NCBI GenBank assembly: GCA_020639135.1
Contig: JACKHE010000005.1
Span: 124,531 to 188,530, forward strand
Length of the DNA: 64,000 nt
Direction of reading: 5' to 3'
Source: Phycisphaeraceae bacterium
Lineage (GTDB): Bacteria > Planctomycetota > Phycisphaerae > Phycisphaerales > UBA1924
A model generated the notes under the pieces. The model worked only from the letters and a program-made list of their open reading frames with translations, ran no database searches and was not told the origin of the DNA. Shown here piece after piece: positions 56,351-64,000 of this stretch (positions are counted from its first letter, which is position 1; each line of letters starts with the position of its first letter). The translations under genes were made by a program, and so were the position numbers.

Positions 56351-56880
56351 AGGATCGCTGTCTCGGCGCCATCGATCCGGAGATCGATCCGCAGGGCGGA
56401 CCAGTTCCGTTCCGGTCGTGCTGCGCCTGGCGCCGCGATACGATTCAGGTCAAGCCGTTCGACGCCCCAGGCGATGATGCGCCGTTCGGGTCGCGCGGCG
56501 TCCGTGGTCTGTGTTTCCCGGATCAGCTCCCGGGATTCTGCGTTGACGAACCAGCGGACGCGTTTCCACGCGGCGCCGCCGGGGTCGATCGAATCGGGAG
56601 CGATCATGGACAGCCGTCCCTCCGCGAGATCCGCCTCCACCGTCGCCGGCAGCGCGGCGCCGAGGTCCGACCGGATCCGGTCAGCGACCCGGCTCACGAT
56701 GAGTCGGCGGGTGAACTGTTCTTCGATCCCCGCGCGGGCGCGGGTCGCGGAAGTCAGCCAGGCCGAAGCCGCGGCGGTGAACGCCGAGAGAATGGTCAGC
56801 GCGGCGAGTAACTCGATGAGCGTCAGGCCCCGGCGGGACCCATTGACCAGGTGACGAGTTGGGAGTGCGGGCGGCTTCAT
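56332..56880 (-). CDS. T2SS pseudopilin (GspJ-like)
   Basis: Internal ATG at 56880. Prepilin N-methylation motif RRGLTLIELLAALTILS. Confidence 0.7.
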   Translation of the reverse strand: MKPPALPTRHLVNGSRRGLTLIELLAALTILSAFTAAASAWLTSATRARAGIEEQFTRRLIVSRVADRIRSDLGAALPATVEADLAEGRLSMIAPDSIDPGGAAWKRVRWFVNAESRELIRETQTTDAARPERRIIAWGVERLDLNRIAAPGAARPERNWSALRIDLRIDGAETAILWERVR

Positions 56881-57380
56881 CGCGCTGCTCCACCCCGATC
56901 TCCCTGTCCGAGCGTGATTCCCAGACCCCTGAGCGTCATGACAACGGACGGGCGCCCCTGCCGCGGGTCGTCGAGCGTGATCGTGACCTGTCGCCACCGG
57001 AGTGCGTTCGGATCCGTCGAGGATTGCGGCGCCTGCTGGTTGCTCCGGCGAGCCGAGGGCAGGGCGCCCGCGGGATCTCCCGGCAGATCGCTCACGGTCC
57101 AGATCCGGTCCTGCTCGTCGGTCCATTGCCAGGGGATCGGCGCATCCGAGTCCGAGATCCGGCGCTCACGCCAGCGGTCGTACACGGCGAACGCGTCGAG
57201 CGCGTCCTGGGACTCCCGGATCACGGCTGTTGAGCGCCGGAGCGTCCACATGCCGGCGGTCGTCGCCGAGGAGAGGATCATGAGCGCCGCGAGGAGCTCG
57301 ATGAGCGTCATGCCCCGGCAGCGCCTCGTCCGGCCTGGGATCGTGGCGCGCGCCTTCATCCTCGCGGGCCGGGTGGTCAC
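56877..57380 (-). CDS. T2SS pseudopilin (GspI-like)
   Basis: Prepilin motif CRGMTLIELLAALMILS. An alternative start lies at 57359. Confidence 0.7.
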   Translation of the reverse strand: MTTRPARMKARATIPGRTRRCRGMTLIELLAALMILSSATTAGMWTLRRSTAVIRESQDALDAFAVYDRWRERRISDSDAPIPWQWTDEQDRIWTVSDLPGDPAGALPSARRSNQQAPQSSTDPNALRWRQVTITLDDPRQGRPSVVMTLRGLGITLGQGDRGGAAR

Positions 57381-57889
57381 CGTGAATCCCCTCCGGTGAT
57401 CGCTTGTGTCCGGATCTGCCCGCTGACGCCGAGACGGCGGATGCGGATGTTGTCACCCCTGCGATTCGATAATTCGATCACGCAGTCGATGCTGTCGCCG
57501 CGAGCGCTGATGGCGAACACCTCGATCCTTTGTGAATCCGGCGCCTGGCGCAGTGCGCAGGACCAGCCCGCCGGGAGAGCGCGATCGATGGTGAGTTCGT
57601 CGGCGTCGGCATTCATCCCCGGATTGCCTTGGGGGCGCGCTGTGAGTGTTTCGCCCGCGGTAACGGCGGCGCCACCGGTGCGCTGCGCGAGCAGCCTCGC
57701 CCGTTCGAAGAACTCCGTCGCGGTCGCGACCACCTCTCTCCGCTGGGCCGCGGCCGACATCGGGCCGACCATGCCGATGCTCATCGTCGCGGCGATCCCG
57801 AGGATCACGACGACAGCAAGCGTCTCGATCAGCGTCATCCCCGAGGACGCGGGGCGGCCCAGAACGTGTTGTTCGGATCGAAACGTCAT
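57377..57889 (-). CDS. T2SS pseudopilin (GspH-like)
   Basis: Internal ATG at 57889; the ORF-track N-terminal extension to 58915 is R-rich antisense of gspG/gspF. Prepilin motif SSGMTLIETLAVVVILGI. Confidence 0.7.
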   Translation of the reverse strand: MTFRSEQHVLGRPASSGMTLIETLAVVVILGIAATMSIGMVGPMSAAAQRREVVATATEFFERARLLAQRTGGAAVTAGETLTARPQGNPGMNADADELTIDRALPAGWSCALRQAPDSQRIEVFAISARGDSIDCVIELSNRRGDNIRIRRLGVSGQIRTQAITGGDSR

Positions 57890-58383
57890 GGGGTGGGGTT
57901 TTCCGCGCCGCCTCCCAGCGCATCGCTGGTGATGTCCGCCTCCTCGCCCCCGACGCCGCCGAGCGCCTTGTCGGCGCCGTAGCTCATGACCTGGTAGCTG
58001 CTGTTGGGACCCGGTGTGATGTACACGTAGGGGCTGCCCCAGGGATCGACGAGCTGGTCCGGCTTGAGGAACGGCTCGCTGCGCCCCGGGGGCGCCTCTG
58101 TTAGGACCCGCAGACCCTCGTCCATCGTGGGCAGCGCGCCGGTCTCCAGGGCGTAGGTCTCGATCGCGGAGACGATCGTCGTGACGCCGGTCTTGGCGAG
58201 CTCGTGCTTGGCCCGGCCCACCTGCCCCCTGAAGGAGTACGTCAGCGTTGCGGCGATCAGCCCCAGGATAATGACGACGGCGAGGACCTCGACGAGCGTC
58301 ATGCCCGGACGGGTTCGTGTTGGTGCTCGATGTTGGCTTTGGAGTCGCATCGGGGTTGTTGTTCGCAGTGGGATCCGATCCAT
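57886..58383 (-). CDS. gspG: T2SS major pseudopilin GspG
   Basis: RPGMTLVEVLAVVIILGLIAA. AKHELAKTGVTTIVSAIETYALETGALPT...DPWGSPYVY...YQVMSYGADK is the GspG signature. Start is 58383 or 58350. Confidence 0.85.
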   Translation of the reverse strand: MDRIPLRTTTPMRLQSQHRAPTRTRPGMTLVEVLAVVIILGLIAATLTYSFRGQVGRAKHELAKTGVTTIVSAIETYALETGALPTMDEGLRVLTEAPPGRSEPFLKPDQLVDPWGSPYVYITPGPNSSYQVMSYGADKALGGVGGEEADITSDALGGGAENPTP

Positions 58384-58392
58384 CGTTGATGT

Positions 58393-59651
58393 TTACAGGG
58401 TCTGCGTGACACGGAGCATGGGCAGGATCGCGGCGTACACCACGAACCCGACCATCGCGGCGAGCAGCAGGATGACCGCTGGCTCGAGGATGGTCGTCAA
58501 TCGGTCGATGCGGCGCTCGCTCGATTCCAGGCGGCGGGCGCCGATGGTCCGCAGCGCCGGGGCGAGTTCGCCGGACTCCTCGCCAACGCCGACGACTCGG
58601 CAGAAGACCGGGTCGGCGACACCCCCGGAGGCGAGCGACTCCGAGGCCGAGCGTCCCTCGCGGACAGCTTCCCCGAGCGCGATCAGTTCGTCGCGGATCG
58701 CCCTGTTGCGCACCGTCGGCGCCGTCAGCGTCACCGCATCGCACAGCGGCACGCCGCCCTCCAGCAGCCTGGCCATGAGCGTTGAGGCGCTCCCGAGTTG
58801 GGCGTTCAGTCTCGCGGGCCCGAGGACCGGGATCCGCAACCGGGCCCTGGCGAGCGCCGGCGTTGTCCAGAGCCAGCCCAGCAGCGTGACCAGGGACGCG
58901 GCGGCGATCGTCCACAGCAGCGTGTGATCCCGGAGCGAGTCTCCGACCGCGAGCAGGATCTCGGTGGGCATCGGGAGCTCGACTCCCGCGTCCTGCAGTA
59001 CACCCGCCAGCTGGGGCAGTGTCGTGGTCGTGAGGAACACGACGGCCGCGACGCCGAACACGGAAAGCAGCGTCGGGTACGCCAGCGCCGAGGCGAGGCG
59101 ACCCTGCACCTCCCCCGAACGGGAATGCGCCTCGGCGAGGTCGTTCAGGGCGTTCTCGGCCTGACCAGACTCCGAAGCCGATCGCACGAGCGCCAGATCA
59201 ACCCGGGTGAACCAGTCGGGGCGCGCGGCCATCGCATCGGGGAGCGTGGCGCCGCCGCGGACGCCCTCCGCCAGCTCCCGGCACAGCGTCGAGAGTTGCC
59301 GGCCGCGTTTCGATCGTCCGCCGTGCGTGGCGAGGAGCTCCAGCCCCTGGACGAGCGGCGTCCCGGTGGCGAGCAACGTCGCGAGGCTCTCGAAGAACTC
59401 GATCACCGAATAGCGCCGGCGCGCCGGTGTGTTCCGGAACGGCAGCAGCCCGCGGATGCGATCGACAATGACAGCGGAGCCGGATTCGCCGAGTTCGCGA
59501 ACGGCGCGCTGTGGCGCCGGTGTCACACGCGTCGGAGCAAGCCCCATCTTCCGGAGGGCGGACCGGACCTGCGCCGCGGTGTCCGCGGTGAGTTCGCCCC
59601 GTTGTCGTGCGCCGGTCGATGGCGCGATCGCGATGTAGCGGTACACGGGCA

Positions 59652-59652
<1 letters not shown>
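58393..59652 (-). CDS. gspF: T2SS inner-membrane platform protein GspF
   Basis: Internal ATG at 59652 (1-nt overlap with the gspE stop). Two T2SSF repeats and three TM regions. Confidence 0.9.
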
Positions 59653-61268
<1,616 letters not shown>

Positions 61269-61344
61269 GGGATGGACCTGACCAACGACATACGATCCGG
61301 CGCTGGCCCCGGATCCGCAAGGAAAAAACCCCTCCGCATGACCA

Positions 61345-63567
61345 TCAGTCCAGCCAGATCGGACTCAGGACGGGGAACCCGTCGTCGACACCCGCCTCCG
61401 CCAGATCCCGCTCGCCCAGCAGCCGGAGATCCTCAAAGCCCGGGGCGCGGAGCACCGTCGCCTTGATGATGATGTAGAACCGGGAGATTGTCTCGGATTC
61501 GCTCGTCGTGCTGAACAGCAGGCCGAGGATCGGGATCTCGCCCAGAACCGGGACCCGGGTGGTGGACTCGCCGGTGCGGCGCGTCTCCAAGCCGCCGAGA
61601 ACGACGGCATAGCCGTCGGGGATCGTCACCTCTCCGTCGAAGCTGTTCTGTTGGCTGGGCGGGGGCAGCACGCCGCCGTCGCCGGTGGACGTCGATTCGC
61701 CGGTGAAGGCGCTGAGCTCGACCGAGTACTCGAGGGATAGATGGTCGCCGGCGGTGATGTGGGGCGTCACGCTGACCGTCGTGCCGGCGTCCTCGAAGCC
61801 GCCGAGGCTGGTCGTAGCCACGGTGTCCGAGGCATTCAGGCTGGTGAAGGGGGCCCTGGACACGCCGCGGACGGTCGCGGTGGCGTTGTTGTTGACGAGG
61901 GTTTTCGGCGAGGAGACGGATCGGCCCGCGTTGACCGCTTCGAGCGCCCGCACGACCGCGTTGAAGTCCCCCGGGTTGATGATCGAGCCCGTGAATCCCG
62001 TTCCGCCCGAGATCGCGGTGCCGGCGCCGAGCCCGAAGAGGCTCGCCAGATCGAACGTCGTCTGCCCGCTGACGAACTGCCCGGTGAGCTCCACGCCGAA
62101 GTCCAGGGCGTCGCCCTCGTCGAGCGAAACAAGCGTCAGCTCGATCATGACCTGGGGCTGCCTGCGATCGAGCCGCTCGACGATGGACTCGACCTGCGCC
62201 AGGGTCAGCGGATCGGCGACGACCAAGATGGAGTTCGTCGAGGTGTCCACGCTGATCGTGACCTGCTCGCCGACACCCTCAAGAAGGCCGGAAGCGTCGC
62301 CGGGGGCAGCAGTCTCGGCGCCAGGAGCGGGCGACGCGGGAGGTGACGCCTGTGCGTTGGCTGGTTCTACGACGGGATCGGCTCGCTGGTTGATCTCGAG
62401 CAGCTCCCGGAGCGTCTCGGCGAGCTCCGTGGCGTCGCGGTTGCGGATCTCCAGAGCCAGCAGGGACGTCCCGACCCCGGCCGGGCCTTCGAGAATCTCC
62501 GCGATGAGATCATCGACCAGTTGCTGCTGCGCCTCGGTCGCGGTGACGTAGATCGTGGAGGTGAGCCGGTCGGTGATGATCCTCGGGGTGAAGCTCTCGG
62601 GGGAATCCGACCGGAGCAGGGCCCGCACCGACTCCGCGAGGTCCTCCAGCGGAGCGCCGCCACCCCGGTGCGCCCGGGTGACGAAGCGCTCCGCGACGTC
62701 GAACTGCTCGATGAGCTCCGTGATCCTGGCCATGCGTGACTCCGGCGCCAGGATGAGCACGCCCCGGTCGTCGGGCGTCGGGAGCAGCTGGACACCCGGT
62801 GAGACAGCCCCGGTCGCGGCTCGGGCGAGGGTCGGGTCCGCCACCACCTCGGCGGTGAGCACGAGCTGGACGGACTCGATGACACGATTGGCCGTTGACG
62901 ACTGGAGCGGGATGGTCCTGCGGGTGATCGGATCGGGAGGCGCATCGAGACGGTCGATCAGCTCGAGCGCCCGCTGAACCCGGCCCCGGTAGTCGCTGAT
63001 CAGCATCAGGCCGGTCTCGCCGACCGCCTTGATCTGCCCCGCCTGCGGCGTCAGGAGCGGCTGCAACGCCGAGGAGACCGCCGCCGGTGAAGCGCTCCGG
63101 AGCCCGACGAGGACGGAGACGAAGTTCGATCCGGGAGAATCCGGATGTGATTCCAGTTCGTCACGATCCGTGAACCCCGGCGCCGCGTTGGGGGCTTGAG
63201 TCGCGGGGACGATGCGCAGGATGTCGGAGCCCCGAAGCGACACGATCGCGTAGCCCTGCCCCTCCAGCACGAGCGTGAGCGTGCGCCAGAGATCCCGGTC
63301 GTCGAGGGGCCGGCGGAGGCGGAGTGTCACCGTGCGTTGGGCGAGTTCGCGCTGGGGGTACTCGACCGAGACGCCGAGTCGCGTGCTGATGAGCTCGACC
63401 AGTTGGTCCAGCTTGATGTCGCCGGAGAGGGTGAACGAGATCGGCGCGGTCTCCCTGGAGGTCGGCGGTGGAGCTTGAGCTATCGAGGGAGCGACATCAA
63501 TCAGTAGCGCACCGATGCTTGTGACCACGGCGATCAAAGACGAGATGGCGTCATTGTGTCGGTGCAT
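61345..63567 (-). CDS. gspD: T2SS secretin GspD
   Basis: Signal peptide. N0-N3-type repeats. C-terminal secretin core with VPVLGEIPILGLLFS. Confidence 0.9.
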   Translation of the reverse strand: MHRHNDAISSLIAVVTSIGALLIDVAPSIAQAPPPTSRETAPISFTLSGDIKLDQLVELISTRLGVSVEYPQRELAQRTVTLRLRRPLDDRDLWRTLTLVLEGQGYAIVSLRGSDILRIVPATQAPNAAPGFTDRDELESHPDSPGSNFVSVLVGLRSASPAAVSSALQPLLTPQAGQIKAVGETGLMLISDYRGRVQRALELIDRLDAPPDPITRRTIPLQSSTANRVIESVQLVLTAEVVADPTLARAATGAVSPGVQLLPTPDDRGVLILAPESRMARITELIEQFDVAERFVTRAHRGGGAPLEDLAESVRALLRSDSPESFTPRIITDRLTSTIYVTATEAQQQLVDDLIAEILEGPAGVGTSLLALEIRNRDATELAETLRELLEINQRADPVVEPANAQASPPASPAPGAETAAPGDASGLLEGVGEQVTISVDTSTNSILVVADPLTLAQVESIVERLDRRQPQVMIELTLVSLDEGDALDFGVELTGQFVSGQTTFDLASLFGLGAGTAISGGTGFTGSIINPGDFNAVVRALEAVNAGRSVSSPKTLVNNNATATVRGVSRAPFTSLNASDTVATTSLGGFEDAGTTVSVTPHITAGDHLSLEYSVELSAFTGESTSTGDGGVLPPPSQQNSFDGEVTIPDGYAVVLGGLETRRTGESTTRVPVLGEIPILGLLFSTTSESETISRFYIIIKATVLRAPGFEDLRLLGERDLAEAGVDDGFPVLSPIWLD

Positions 63568-63576
63568 CGTGGTATT

Positions 63577-64000
63577 CTATTCTACATTTTCATCGAGAAG
63601 TGCGTTGGCTTGCGCCTGCCATGCTGCCTTCAACGCAGGAAGATTTGCGGCTAAACGTGTTTCGGCGAGCGCAACTGCCGTGCTGGACCGGGCGGCGTTG
63701 AGGGCCGCGAGTTCGGCATTGGTGCACGTGACACCGCGTCGCTCATTTCGCAGGGCTGCTTCGAGCAAACTCCAGGCCGTATCGTTGAGGTCGAGTACAC
63801 GATACGCGGCAGGGATGGCCCGGTCCTGGTTCTCGGAGACCCGGGCCATCAGGTTGGCGGTTTCGGAGCCGGCGAGCTCTGTGACGACATCCATCACGTT
63901 TTCGTTGATATCATCCTGAACAGATTGCCAGCGGATTTCAGCTTCGACCAGTGCGGCTTCAGCAAAGTCGAGTTTTGCGCGTCGAATTTCAGAAATACCA
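63577..64000 (-). CDS. outer-membrane efflux (TolC-like) protein, C-terminal part (gene runs off the right edge)
   Basis: The minus frame is open from nt 64000 to the stop at 63577. ...SEIRRAKLDFAEAALVEAEIRWQSVQDDINENVMDVVTELAGSETANLMARV...YRVLDLNDTAWSLLEAA is typical of TolC-family helical repeats. Confidence 0.5.
   Translation of the reverse strand, partial: GISEIRRAKLDFAEAALVEAEIRWQSVQDDINENVMDVVTELAGSETANLMARVSENQDRAIPAAYRVLDLNDTAWSLLEAALRNERRGVTCTNAELAALNAARSSTAVALAETRLAANLPALKAAWQAQANALLDENVE

Noticed and set aside
57890-58915. N-terminal 340-aa extension of the ORF 57377-58915 (-)
   Set aside because: The extension is R/G/P-rich and overlaps gspG and gspF in other frames. The prepilin motif sits right after the internal ATG at 57889, which overlaps the gspG stop.

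Overview
High-GC bacterial DNA with three AT-richer patches, judged by eye: about 20.3-23.05 kb, 28.9-32.2 kb and 37.7-42.4 kb. I found no rRNA, tRNA or CRISPR array. The gene content (ECF sigma factor next to a Ser/Thr kinase-FGE fusion, a long T2SS pseudopilin operon, a dockerin/VWA protein, many lipoproteins) suggests a Planctomycetota-like organism; this is inference only. The left ~37 kb is mosaic accessory/defence DNA containing: (1) a translationally coupled 5-gene operon (alpha/beta hydrolase, hexapeptide acyltransferase, deoxyribosyltransferase/TIR-like Rossmannoid protein, GT25 glycosyltransferase, HEAT-repeat protein). (2) a TM + Rossmann-like protein, a frame-broken tandem-TIR gene carrying a (CCTT)7 microsatellite, a ThsB-type TIR-like gene and a caspase-like C14 protease, which together look like a Thoeris type IV-like TIR-caspase cluster. 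(3) an AAA+ ATPase + cytoplasmic S8 subtilase pair (IetAS-like). (4) an integrase/excisionase operon with three tandem small paralogous membrane proteins of unknown family, a divergent SPPY DNA methyltransferase, and two paralogous P-loop ATPase-wHTH-nuclease-like genes that converge on an AT-rich 3-gene insert. (5) membrane and wHTH genes, an AT-rich island with a 644-aa polytopic protein, and a VWA-dockerin protein. (6) a DUF2958 gene, an RHH-PIN pair and a second integrase. A two-gene lipoprotein/secreted-protein cassette at 37.7-41.9 kb is bracketed by a ~90-nt imperfect direct repeat. The right ~20 kb looks core-like: ECF sigma + kinase-FGE, an HTH regulator, a lipoprotein, a membrane-anchored solute-binding protein, an EEP nuclease/phosphatase, a DUF2235 hydrolase, a complete T2SS operon (gspD-E-F-G, pseudopilins, K, L/M-like, TPR lipoprotein) and a TolC-like gene fragment at the right edge. 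All functional calls rest on motif recognition by eye; no database search was possible.
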